The translations under genes and the position numbers were made by a program. DNA of 64,000 nucleotides, taken from Podarcis cretensis (taxonomy: Eukaryota). Below the pieces are notes generated by a model. It was not told the DNA's origin and searched no databases. It saw only the letters and a list, made by a program, of their open reading frames with translations. Location of the stretch: positions 27,962,001 through 28,026,000 of the forward strand of contig OX638156.1 of assembly GCA_951804945.1 (NCBI GenBank), given 5' to 3'. Below, in pieces: positions 25,130 through 38,497 of the stretch; within the stretch, counting starts at the first letter, position 1; each line of letters opens with the position of its first letter.

Positions 25130-25904
25130 CTGCAAGGGAACAGAACATGAAATAAGAAACTGCAACATTTTCTTGCCCCTGAAGACAACTTTGGCCCAAT
25201 TCGGACATAATGCCAAATCATAGTTCTCTCTCCCATTTGTGTCAAAACCACATATTGTCATTACATCCAAACTGGAAAACTGCTTGAAAACCATGCTCAA
25301 ACCTTTGTTTACAATTCTGGTTTGCACTTGCCCTAGAAACCAGGGTTTTACCATAGTTTGAATGACAAGTGCAAACCATAGTTTGCCAATTCAGACATAA
25401 TGGAAAAATATGGCTTGCTGCAAACAAATAAGGGAGGGGAACAATCGCAGGACCCAATGGAAAAAGTAAGTGCACAAGTTCTAGATTCATTCATGTAGCA
25501 CCAAACCATAGTTTTATGTTACATCTGAGCCTAGTTTCAAACCTGTAAGTTGAAATGCATATGCTAAAATACAATCAAAATTTTCAATGTTAGTCTGTTG
25601 CACTAAAACCAGAGTGTCTTGAACAACCTTTAAAGAGTCAACAAATTTAATACAGCTTTTATGAATAAATGCCCTGTATATCAGGACCTCTGATAAAGTG
25701 GACTAAGGCTTTTGTGGACTAATGCCCGAAGTAAATTGTTTGGGTCTTTGTATTTATTAACTCGCAAATCCTAACCCTAGTAGGTCCGGTGTTGTTATTG
25801 TTGTTGTTGTTTTGTCTTATCCACTCTTCACCATGTTTGTGAACCACCCTGATTGTTTGTGAACCGCCCTGAGACCTCCGGGTATAGGGCGGTGTATAAA
25901 TTGA

Positions 25905-25905
<1 letters not shown>

Positions 25906-25945
<40 letters not shown>
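25906..25945. repeat. (AAT)n microsatellite forming the tail of a LINE/SINE 3' end that starts near 25857
   Basis: About 13 AAT units after tgtgaaccgccctgag...gggcggtgtataaat. Confidence 0.9.
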
Positions 25946-25947
<2 letters not shown>

Positions 25948-26338
25948 CCCCAGCACTTAAAATTTCACTGATAAGAAAAAATTGTGTGCACTTACATCCA
26001 ACAGTTAACATTCTGCACAGATACAGATACCAGTTAAGTAATGCAAATTTGTCTAGATTTACATACTTTATATAACTTTGTTACTTCTAGTCATACAGAG
26101 GAACAAGAAGCAAAGACAGGAAACTATATGGCCTGATTTCTGGAAGCCCTATCCACCCCCAAAGATATCAAGCCTAATATTTCAGCCCTAAGGACATTAA
26201 ATGATTCTCAAGATGCTGAATTCCACACTATGCAGAATACACGCAGCCCAAACTTTAGTCACATTTCTATGTTAATCTTTTGCTCATGTCTTTCAATTCC
26301 ACTTTTAAATTTCAAAGCCATGTCTCCTGGAGGTGTCA

Positions 26339-26554
<216 letters not shown>

Positions 26555-27139
26555 CTACATTGTACAAGAACCAAAAGCAAGTCACCCAGCCAGGTGGACT
26601 AGACTTGAATTCTCAATCCATAAGGAATCACCCTTGCACAAATCTAAGAAAGCTCTTGCATGACTCCCAATGATTTCTATTAGGTTTGCAAAATTCCCTG
26701 TGGATTGCATCCAGCTCATGAAGGGACACTAGACATAACCACAGCAACCAAGCATCTATTTCCAATCTAAGAGTCCTTTCCCTCATAATAATGTAGCACT
26801 GAGGAACTCCAGGCCTCCAGGCTTGACAACCCTCATTGGCTCTTCTCTGCCCATGACACACCCCTCATTGGCTCTGCTCTGTGTCCTCTCTAATGATCTT
26901 ACCTGGTTGGAATGTGCCCTTGAATTGTAATAATACCTCTTGCTTGCCTGGAAGGAGTGGTGTGTGTCCAACCCCCACCCCCCGGATGTGTGGTTCCTGG
27001 AAGATTGCCCACAAGTGAATGCAGCCCCTCAGGCTGAAAAAAGGTTCCAAATCCCTGCATGAGTGATACACCAAAAGGTTCCTTGTGGTCTGGCACACAC
27101 CACTCTCCCATCAACTCAAGGGAATGAAAGCTCAATTAC

Positions 27140-28013
27140 CAATATCTTTTGTGGTCAGACGTCGTCTTTGTTTCATCACAGGCTGTGTAGCTTCCACTGA
27201 TCCAGGTGGGAATGTGATGTCCCGTCGTATCATAGGAGGTTGTACAGCTGCTGGTGTTATATGTGAGGCAGGGACAGGAGGCCCCGCCTTTTGCATCTTC
27301 ATTCCTGAGTGCAGGAATGGAGATTTACTTGGAGAGGTGCGGTTTTCCACCGGTCTGGGAAGAGGTGCTGGACTAGATACCTGAGGAATGTGATTCTGCA
27401 TGCTGGGTTGGGTCTGGTAGTTGGGCTGGGGCGGCCTTGTCATTGGGGGCACAGGGGCAGAGGGCCCATAAGGAGGCTGGCGGTTTCCATGAGAAGGCCA
27501 CGGTCCTTCGTGATTAACCCTCTGATCCGGATGCAGCATTTCATCTGTTCGATTCACTCCGTGATATGCAGGACCCTGGGGTGCAGAACCAGTACTCTGC
27601 CGGTTGGGATAGCTGTAGCTCATCTCGTTACGCCCTTGCCACATGGTGCCCTGCTGTGGGCCCTCTGGAGTGGACTGTATGGACCCACCCATCATTTGAG
27701 GAGCAATATTCTGCTGTGTGCTAGAGCCTGGGGGAGCAGAGACCCTCTCTCTGACAAACTGGAATGGGAACTGGTTCTGTGGCCCAGCAGCAGGTCGGCG
27801 ATCTGTGGCAGGGTATGTGTTCGGATACTGGTTATAGATTTCCTGCTGTGAAGAAGGCTGAGCAGTTTGCTGCTGGCTTGGTTGTTGGGTTTGTGCCGGA
27901 GGCAGCTGCTGTTGAGCCTGTCCCTGGCCTGTGCTGTACGGTACATTGTACAGTTCCCCTTCGTGTCGTTTGGCTGGGGGGCCATAGTTGCCATCCATCG
28001 GTCGCTTATAATT
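27140..28013 (-). CDS. ARID1A: ARID1A exon 18
   Basis: [20 protein letters not shown]...RRRLTTKDI; 874 nt; phases fit neighbouring exons. Confidence 0.97.
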
Positions 28014-29234
28014 CTGGAAAGAAAACAAAAGCTGGCAATTCATAAGTGGCTCTCATTCTAAGAGATTATGGGCAGGAACCTACAGCATTCACAGAACAGC
28101 ATGAAGTCATCAGTTTCCTCTCATCCTACTCGGAACTGTTCTCTGGTGTACCAGGGTTTGGTACTAGAAGCTTCAAACCTGATTATCTCCTTGTCCAAAA
28201 TGAACAGCTGTACTCTGTGTACAGAATATGTTGTGCAACTGGTTCAGGCTGGAAGAGGTTTTCAATAAAGTACATTGAAAGCTAACCTTATTTTGCCTCT
28301 CTCTCTTGCCGTATACAGGACTATATCAAGGCACTTTGGAGATGGCCATGGTTTCCTTTATATACTAGGAGGGGAAAACACAAACACTATCAAGTCTAAG
28401 ACTGGGGACTGGATGCAATTTAGCATGATGCTGGTTTTCATAAGCCTTGCTCACCAGGGCCCACTGTACTCTATCACATCAGTAACTGCAAATTTGACTA
28501 CAGCCACATGGCTCCAGACAATAGAAATGATTTGTGGCAAGGGGTCTGTGGCAAGATAAGAGTGTGCAGAGTTATGCCAAAAATAAAAAGAGTAAAAGGT
28601 GCCCATTGCAAACAGCTGGTTAAGCTTCTATAACAGGGCTTTTACTATTAATATTTCAACCTTCAAGTATCCTGCTATGGTAACATTATTAAGGCAAAGC
28701 TATAAGAATAATCAAATTCTGGATTTTTTGGTTATAGACCAAGCTTTACAACTATAAACACCTTCTCATCCAAGTGAGACATAATTATATTCCAGCTTTG
28801 ACTTCAAATAAGAAGATAGGAGTCATATATACTGCCAAGACTGAAAGATAACCCTGTACACAAAATTACACTGTGATTATGTATATTAAGAAATACAGAA
28901 ACTGAATTCTATACAAAAGGGAGATCTTTGAGGGGTGGACACCTACCCTAAATTTCCTGAACTACAATTTGATTTAGCTCAGCTACATTTTAAGATAATA
29001 TTTTTGCAGTTAAGTTAGAAAGTTAGTTCTCAACTAACAGAACAGATTCTTTGTTTAGCATTAATATGTTTAAGTTCCCTCTGCAAAATCCACAGCACAA
29101 TAGACACAAAGCCCAATTAAGGCCTGGAGATCTAGAACAAATATGGGAACAGTTCTGGACAACTCAGGTGTGCTTTGGAAGACCACCCCCTTCCCCCTTT
29201 CAGCCAGGAAATCCCAGCATTTGTTAAACTAAAC

Positions 29235-29963
29235 CAGTGACTCTCAAAAATGTTTCCCTGGGCCACACTTTTAGGATAATTTTTTATCCTACCACACCAA
29301 TTTTTTTATTGATAAGAAATACATTGAAAAAGAAGAAACAACTAGCAGTGCTTCATTTAACACAGAACATAACTACTTTATAATATGATCATAGGAAATC
29401 AAGAAAGCATAAAACAACGCAGCTACATAAGAACATGATATAATTATAAACGAGCCTTTTACATATGTAGCTTAAGTATGTATACAAACTCAATGAGAAG
29501 TGTAAGCTTGCTTTTGCAGGATAGTATGTTATATTATGTCTAATTTGAGAAAAACAAACTTTCATCTCATCAATGCAAAGAAGTGTTTCTCTTTTCCAGG
29601 CTTCTTCAACCTTGGCCCTCCAGATGTTTTTGGCCTACAACTCCCATGATCCCTAGCTAGCAGGACCAGTGGTCAGGGATGGTGGGAATTGTAGTCCCCA
29701 AATATCTGGAGGGCCGAGGTTGAGGAAGCCTGCATCTTTTTGATCTTTCATATTTGTCAGAGCTAAAAATCTCTGTTAACAACAATGTGTTGCAGAGCCA
29801 ATAATCTTGAATAGAGGCATGGATACGGTTTCTGATTGTAAATCCCCCCCCCAAATATTTTGATACAATACTACACTGAAATATTCAAATGTTTACTTTA
29901 TTGTCCTTGAATCTTCCCGCCGCACTTGCCATCCTCTCATGCCACTCCTTTTGAGAACCACTG
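29235..29963. mobile_element. Non-autonomous hAT element containing a nested MITE
   Basis: Exact 8-bp TSD AACTAAAC (29227-29234, 29964-29971); TIR CAGTGACTCTCAAA / TTTGAGAACCACTG. Confidence 0.85.
29597..29732. mobile_element. hAT palindromic MITE, family of 36837 (further decayed copies near 12985-13087, 30461-30589, 46980-47092, 48990-49120, 51085-51180, 52435-52540, 60983-61110)
   Basis: CAGGCTTCTTCAACC / GGTTGAGGAAGCCTG termini and the shared ctacaactccca...tgggaattgtagtcc core. Confidence 0.85.
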
Positions 29964-30060
29964 AACTAAACCATTACTATCCTTCCCTTCTGTGACTGCT
30001 CATAAGGTCGCAACCACCACAATCTTTATCAGTTGAATTGCAAAACCTCAGGGAGCTCAC

Positions 30061-30157
30061 CTGTTGTTGTGGCTGATATAGGGTGGTTTGTTGGCTAGGA
30101 AAGGGGCTGCTGGAGGATGTACCTTGAGTGGGAAATTGATTGCCATAGGAATCATGT
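30061..30157 (-). CDS. ARID1A: ARID1A exon 17
   Basis: [33 protein letters not shown]; 97 nt; cag|...|gtgagc. Confidence 0.95.
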
Positions 30158-30262
30158 CTGCAGAAAAGAAGAAAGTATTAGTTTTCTTCCCAGATGCACA
30201 GAACACCATGGAATTCTATTGTGACTGTATTGCTGACACAATAGAGGCATACTGGAACCTAC

Positions 30263-30388
30263 CGCTGCTGTGGCTGCTGAGGATATCGGCTTGGGGAGTA
30301 CATCCCTGAATCAGGAGTGGAAGGCATGATGTTGGGCTGGGGTGTTCCGGTTCCTAAATTGGTTTCAGGTCCCATTCCAGCTTCAGTC
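30263..30388 (-). CDS. ARID1A: ARID1A exon 16
   Basis: [42 protein letters not shown]; 126 nt; cag|...|gtaggt. Confidence 0.95.
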
Positions 30389-31118
30389 CTGAAGGAAAAC
30401 ACAGCACACCCTCACACTATAAGCAATTCTAGCCCTCATTTAGAAAGAAAGACTCTAACACAGGGGTGGGGAGCCTGTAGCCCTCCAGATGTTTTTGGAC
30501 TCCAAACTCCCATTATCCCCAGCCAGCATGGCCAGGGATGGTGAGAGTTATAGTCCAACATCTGGAGGGCTACTGTTTCCCCATATTTGACCTAACAGCA
30601 CAATCACCACTGCAAATAAATATAATGCTGCCTTCTGCAGTTCTGTGCAAACTTGTACGTTTTGTATAGGATTTTAAATTTCTCATTCCTTGTAGAATTT
30701 CTAGTCCTCATTGTCTGACAAGGCGGGGTGGTACTCATGTAAGGCTCCATAGTTCAGGAAACAGAGTCCAGCCATCACCTCATCTGTCACATTTTCTAGT
30801 CCTGTTCCACTAACACCACAATCCTTCAAAGCCTGCCTTGCCCATAACCAGCCCTCCTGCCACTTACATACTCCTGAAAAACATATTCACCTGTAAACTC
30901 AAACCTGAGACACATAAATTCTGTGAAAACTGATATTTCTGGGAGAAAAATGATGTGTTCATTTAGCAAATATTTGCATAACTGTGATTTGCTTGGTATA
31001 GCAGCATAGGGTCTGTATCTGTTTTCATTTTTGAGAACTGCCTTGTTCTAGGGGAGAAGTGGGATGGATGGATAAATCAATCAATAATAGAATCAATGCA
31101 TCCAGTGTGAATACTCAC

Positions 31119-31260
31119 CTCACTCTCTCATAAGGGCTATAAGGATAATGCTGCCTCTGCCCCATGGCCATATTAGTCATCCCTGGACCTGTAGCACGAT
31201 TATAAGGATCACCCATACCACTGTTGGGGCCCTGCCCTGAGGACATAAAAGGATCACTTC
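31119..31260 (-). CDS. ARID1A: ARID1A exon 15
   Basis: [26 protein letters not shown]...[10 protein letters not shown]; 142 nt; cag|...|gtgagt. Confidence 0.95.
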
Positions 31261-31409
31261 CTGAAAGTGGAGAAAGGAAACCATCAATCTTCAGCAGGAA
31301 GACATGAAGCTATATTGGACATAAAATTAAAGCTATTTTGTTCCAAAGCTCCTTTCATGGGATTAGAGAGTTTAATGGCTCTGTGCTATAGTATGAAAGA
31401 TAACATCAC

Positions 31410-31579
31410 CTTTTCTCATACTGCCATATGGATCCTTTGTTTCATAGGACATGCGACCCATCATGTCAGAAGTATTCATGCTGGACTGGTACCCTGGGTT
31501 TGGAGTCATGGAGTTCCTCTTCTGGAAAGTAGGGTCACTGCCATCGGGAAAGGTGTCCTGAAGGCCTACTGAGTTACTC
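31410..31579 (-). CDS. ARID1A: ARID1A exon 14
   Basis: [31 protein letters not shown]...DPYGSMRK; 170 nt. Confidence 0.95.
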
Positions 31580-31705
31580 CTGAGCCAACAAAAGGAGGAA
31601 CTGTTTTAACATGGAAGTCAATCAATGCAATCCATTAGAAAAGCCATGGCCAGGCACAGCAGCCTTTAGGCATTTGTTAGTAGCAGGAAGTTGACTGCGG
31701 AATAC

Positions 31706-31838
31706 CTGATGCCTTGCAAAGGGGGCATTTGACTGTGTGGCGTAGATGCAGGAGTTGGGGGCTTCAAGTCTCCTCCTTCTGCCATGGAGCTACTGGTGGA
31801 CTGAGGTGTCTGAGGACCCTGCATGGAGCCTGAACCAG
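31706..31838 (-). CDS. ARID1A: ARID1A exon 13
   Basis: [45 protein letters not shown]; 133 nt. Confidence 0.96.
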
Positions 31839-34800
31839 CTGCAAGTAGAGAAGAGAGGCATCAGCTCCATGGTAAATAGAAGCTACTAAGAAAAACCTTG
31901 AAGGATTTTATAGCAATGCAAACTCTCAAAGGTAGTACTTCTTGAACGGGGAAGTGCAACTTCCTGAAATCCTAGGATATATTGGGAGTCAATGGTCATC
32001 ATTTTTATAACAGAACTTGCTCTTTCCTACACACCATAATGCCTGTGACTATTAACCCAAATTTGCTAGGCTTAACTGAAAAGTGCTGTGAACTAGACCA
32101 CAAAACAAAGTCTCCTAGGAGAAACAATGTTCTGAACTGCATCTTCAGGCAGGGAGGCAATTCCACATCAGTATGGTCCAGTTTTGCACATGGCCAAGAA
32201 AGACATGTTGATGGCAGATTAAACACCCCACTCCTAGTTCGAGCACCTCAAATAAAAGGTTCTAAAAGCACAGCACAGGGCATCTCCATTGGAGCCTTCC
32301 CAGGAAGTCCAAGACAAATTCTTCTATAGAAGGCTAAGGAAAAGGGATCAAGCAGCTACTCTGGACCGTTTGACACAAGACCACTGGAAACTGTCTGAAA
32401 ATGAAGGTATACAATATCAAAAAGCCAGCTGTGCAGTTTATTGAGTTCTGCTGTTCCAGGCCAACCACAGCCTCTAATGGTGCCATCTCTCAGATTTATA
32501 CACTCCTAGCAGCTAGCGAAAGCCAAACTCTTAATTAAGGTTTCCATTAGTTACCATTTTCGGCACTGATATCCCTTGCCTCAGCCTTGCAAGTTGATGA
32601 GTCATTTCAGCTATTCATTAAAATCCTCTAGAGGTCAGCTACAGGTCATGTTTGTTTACGCCCCACCTTCCTGGCACCCTCTCCCTCTGCTCCGCTGCTC
32701 CCTCCCAGTCTGGGGACATCTCCTGAGAAGGAAGGGCAGAGGCAAGCCCAGCAGGGAGCTTCATTCATAACCCCTCCCCTCACACCCTCTCCCCATTCAT
32801 TAGCCTTTCAGCTCCATTCCGTTCCCCTGGGAATCCAACAAGCAAAGTCGCTGCTGCATTCTAATACACTGACATCAGCAGGAAGAGGTTTCGAGACATT
32901 CCCTGTGTCGCTGCCATTTGTTGTTCGTCCCCACCCCCTGCTGTCCCTCCCAACTCACAAATTTACAAACTGCTGGAGGGATGCCAATTCCATACACTGT
33001 GAATTCAAGCCTAACTGGCTGCACTTCCCAGGGCACATGTTGCCAGCCATTCATTCATAACTAGGAGCCAAAAAAAGCTGAAAGGGATTGGGGAAGGGAG
33101 GGAGAATCGTGGAGGGGAGAGAAAGAACAAGCTTATGCTGTAGCAGTCCAGGAGGCAGCATCTAACACACTACTTGTGCAGCACTGCAAGGAGGAGTTTA
33201 GCACCACAAATGCTTTAAGGAGAGTGGCAAAGCAAATCAGGACCTAGCACCACAAACGCACACACAATAAATAGGGGGGGTTTGCTGGCTGGAGAACCCT
33301 GGCATCTTCCACAAGCGAGCTGTTTGCTGTAACTGCAAGTTTACCCCTTCAGATATACCCCTAAGTGCACAGATCAGTCCCATCCAACCACAGGAACATG
33401 GCTTTTTCCAGCCACAAGCATTAGCTTTTCAACAGAAGCCAACAGAAACCAAAGCAACACAGGACATTTAGTTAAAAGAGGCCTGCAGGTAAATCAGCCA
33501 AGAGCCAGTTTTTGGAGCTGTACACCTCTTAAAGGGGTAATAAGTTCTAGAGAGCTAGCTATGGTAGCCTCTCACGGCAACTACAAGGAATACTGCGGCA
33601 CTTTGGAGATTATTGCAACGTAAGTGTTCAATGCTTTCCTGTCCCACTACAGTTGTTGGTCAACACAGCAAAAATGAGCTGGATTTGTTATCCCCAATTA
33701 ATGTACTTGTGAGTTTTTAAATTCATACACAGCCTCATCCTTCAAACAAACTTTCCTGGAGAGGCTTTACAATAAAAATGCAATAAGAAGATGTATACAA
33801 TAAATGCAGCAAATGAAACCTACAACCATTATTTTTGAGGTGGTGGGTTAGGGATTATGGGTTTTATCCAACTGAGTTCTAGAGCAGACCTATTGTAATT
33901 AATGGACCTTAGTTTGTAATGTGCATTAATTTCAATTGGTCCACCCTGAACAGAACTAGGACTGGATATAACCCTATGAAACCGTAATGTTGACAGCCAA
34001 AATGACACCTGTATCCCTGATGCCTCCATCACATAATTTGCCACAGGGGCATCCCCTCACTCATGTGGTGTGGGATAGATAGTGTGTCACTCCAAGCAAC
34101 ATGTCACCACACCTTCTCACAACAACAAAAATTACTGTCCAGGAGGTTCAGGTTCAAATGATGCTGTTGCTATGCATCCTCTCCATAACATTAACTCAGA
34201 ATAAGCAGCCACAGTATTTGAATATGAAAAGGATTCACACTGCAGAGAGCAGAAGACTGGAAGGATATCCATTTGCTCAAGAGAAGGGGAACAAACCAGC
34301 AGGAAAACAGTAGGTACAGATCCTATGATGTCTATCTCAAATTCCCACCATGTCCTCTTCCAGCAATGGATTTCAGACTGGGTCACAAGCAGGGAGCAAG
34401 AGTACATCACTACTCTCAGTGATATTTTTACTGAATCCCAGCTAGTGCATTCAGCAACCGAACAGTATTGGACTGCTCAAATATACAGAATGATTCCAAA
34501 TGAGGGACTATTGTTTTGTGGAATAGTACGTCTTCATTGTACAGCAGGGGGGTGAGGAACATGATCTGGTCAGAGTTCTGGATCCTGAGTTCTGCCACCT
34601 CTGGCTGCACTACTCTGACAGGCATGCCATCACCATGATATTAGGTGATCCATTTTTCCTTTGCAAGGAGGCTTGGACTCAAGCTGCACAGCAAACACAG
34701 ATCTCAGTCAATCCAATTGGGGCTTGAAGTCAATGCCAACCAGCTGATTGTGACTTTAAGCCAAACTTTTAGCAGGGACTGGCTCTGCTTGGGAACTCCC

Positions 34801-35767
34801 ATGTTGAAACAATCCCAGCAGAGCTTGTATTTGGCATCCAATTTAAAATATGATGAATACAAGTCCTATTTGCCAAGGAACAAGAAGGAGCTCATTCAAA
34901 GGCTCCTGGTTGTTCCTCTGTAGTATTTATCTACCTCACACATGACATATACGATGCCAGGTTTGGAGCGAGTGGATGTGGCTTGAGGGGAACAGTCTCA
35001 CAGGTCAAATTAAGACTCTTGTAGGCACCAATTAGATTTGAGGACCAAAGGTCCCAGGATCAACCTGTGACATCTTTAGTCAAAGGGATCATGTAGCAGG
35101 TAATGGGAAAGTTCTCATCTCACATCCTGGAAAGCCACTGCCAGCCAGAGATGACAACACTGGATTTGATGGACAAATCACCTGATTTTATGTAACACAA
35201 CTCCTAATACATTTTTGGTTGGCTGCTGGATGTCATTCCTATTTGATACGTCAGCCCCCAAAACCTCTGACGTGTCAACTGTTCTCCATCATGCTGCTGT
35301 GAAGGAAGTTACTTCAGAATGTAGCTACAGGCATACAGTGCTGCCTTGTCACAATTCTTTAATATGCCCCCCCAATCGATTTCCACAACCATGATAGTAA
35401 CACAGTGGCCGTGCTTGCAAGTCATGTTAAACCATGGTTTACTGAGCAGTAAGGAGCCACTGTAAGCTTTGGGCTCACATTCCCACCTTCTCCCCCCACA
35501 TATGGCCAGGAGTATAATAGATGATCAAAGTTCTGAGAAATTTTCATGAAACAAGGATTGGTCAGCATAAGTAAAAAATGAAAGCAAAAGAACTTCAATC
35601 ACAGCAGTGTTGCCTTAAGAAAAAGCAGTGCTTACCTTCACAGTGAAGGGGTGGGGGAGAAAGAAAAACATTTTTTTTACAGTGCCCAATTTGTAGTGGA
35701 TATTAGTCTTTTTTAAAAAAAATCAAGTATATGGATTAGAGCTCTTCAAACATTAAGACAGCTAGTA

Positions 35768-36071
35768 CAGTGGTGCCTCGCAAGACGAAAAGAATCCGTT
35801 CCGCGAGTCTCTTCGTCTTGCGGTTTTTTCGTCTTGCGAAGCAACCCTATTAGCGGCTTAGCGGATTAGCGGCTATTAGCGGCAAAGCAGCTTAGCGGCT
35901 TAGCAAAAGGGGGGGGGGAGCGAAAAAAATCGCAAGACTCGCAAGACATTTTCGTCTTGCGAAGCAAGCCCATAGGGAAATTCGTCTTGCGAAGTGCCTC
36001 GAAAAACGGAAAACCCTTTCGTCTAGCGGGTTTTTCGTCTTGCGAGGCATTCGTCTTGCGGGGCACCACTG
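35768..36071. mobile_element. Young CpG-rich Tc1/mariner MITE
   Basis: TA TSD; TIR CAGTGGTGCCTCGCAAGACGAA / TTCGTCTTGCGGGGCACCACTG; internal TTCGTCTTGCG and TTAGCGG repeats. Confidence 0.9.
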
Positions 36072-36836
36072 TATGTTGAAGAACATTAATACAGCAGTAG
36101 CAGTGTATTTAAGCCAATTGTTAGTCTTGGTTCCCATTTTTCTCGTACTAGTCCTACCCTTTACTGCAACAATCCCAGGCTGCTAGAAAAGTCACAGCTA
36201 TGTGGTTTGCAGAGATACAATGAGTACCACAGGACTACTAACAGAAAAAAGACATTTAGCGCACATCATATTTGGCCCATTCAGTTGAGCAGCATGTTGT
36301 GATTCTACAGGCAGCTGTGTAAGGACACAACATTATATGTAAGAAGTGAATGATATGTTGAAACCAGGTCTTCTCAAGTTCTATATCAGATACCAAAATT
36401 TTTGATCCAAACCATGAACCCATGAGAAATCTGCAATGTATCAGCACTAAATTTATCATTCCAGCCTTATAAAGCATACTTTTGGGTTCTAAAAAACAAG
36501 GTGTCAAATTTGAGATATACAGCAAGACGTTTTCAAGTCTTAAGCGAACAACAGAAAGAAAAGTCAACTGTTTCTACATCAGTGTATAATCCCAACATGC
36601 CATCCTTTATCTGAAAGAGCTACCCTGCCTGGAGCAGGCAAAAGCCACCTCCAGGTCTCAATGATGCTCTAACACCTTTACAAATGCAGAAAGGCTTACT
36701 AGATAAATCACATTTGTAAACATGCCTTTTAAAAATATATAACTGCCACAGTTCCACATTCTGGTAGAATAAGGACCCTGTTGAGCAACTGTGATATATT
36801 CATACAGGGTGTGGCCTACTAGACCCTGATCTAGAC

Positions 36837-37357
<521 letters not shown>

Positions 37358-37676
37358 TCACCAGTTTCCTTCCTCATAACAAAGGATTTAAAAAAAAGCA
37401 ATAAGCAATTTATTGTCCATCTTAGGGGAGCAAATATAAAAACACAAGTTCAAGAGGGGAGGGAGCACTAACAGTAGTATTACTACCCCAAACTGATGTA
37501 GTAATGTGAATAAAAAAACTGAATCAACCTATCAAGAATTTTGCTTATCAGGGCAGGGAATTTATAAATTAGATGTGGCCTTGTGCATCCATCCAGGGTT
37601 AATAAGATAGATAAACGTGTGTTGTGTGTAAGACGGACCTGAGAAAGGGAATCTTAACAGATACAAGCTTAAGTTA

Positions 37677-37892
<216 letters not shown>

Positions 37893-38250
37893 CTAGAGAA
37901 AAAAAGAGAGAGGAAGAAGCAGAGTAGAGAATCACACATTAATTTAAAAACAATCTGAGAAAAGGTAGGTCTTCGGATATCACCACATAACGCAGGGAGA
38001 AAAGCAATGACACCATTCTGATGTAGGCGCACCCACCCTACTTCAGTCTAAGTACATTGTGGAAATCTAGGTTAACATCAGTTGTACAATAATTACAAAT
38101 TGGTCCTTTACTGCAAAGATGACACTGACATTGCAGTTTAGTAACATCCAGGTTTCATTACTGCAGTGCATTATATGTACAGCTGTCTCTCTAAAAACTT
38201 CACAACTATTTCAGAATATGATAGCCAGGTCATTAACTAGTCATGAATCT

Positions 38251-38497
38251 AGCCAGTGTGGTGTAGTGGTTAAGAGTGGTAGTCTTGTAATCTGGTGAAC
38301 CTGGTTCGCATCACCGCTCCTCCACATGTAGTTCCTGGGTGACCTTGGGCTAGTCACACTTCTCTGAAGTCTCTCAGCCTCACTCACCTCACAGAGTGTT
38401 TGTTGTGGGGGAGGAGGGGAAAGGAGAGATTGTTAGCTGTTTTGAGACTCCTTAGGGTAGTGATAAAGCGGGCTATCAATTCCAAACTCTTCTTCTT
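38251..38497 (+). mobile_element. tRNA-derived squamate SINE (Squam3-like)
   Basis: AGCCAGTGTGGTGTAGTGGTTAAGAG head, GGTTCGCATC B box, tail aaactcttcttctt; aligns with the copy at 7721-7972. Confidence 0.85.

Noticed and set aside
25130-25354. N-terminal 75 aa of the 645-aa ORF (MVKPWFLGQ...)
   Set aside because: Read-through into intron 19; ARID1A homology starts at the acceptor at 25130.
35768-36071. Regularly spaced short repeats superficially like a CRISPR array
   Set aside because: Vertebrate intron; repeats occur in both orientations inside a TA-flanked TIR element; no unique spacers or cas genes.
38251-38325. tRNA-like sequence with A and B boxes
   Set aside because: It is the head of a SINE with body and tail attached and a second copy at 7721-7972; not a tRNA gene.
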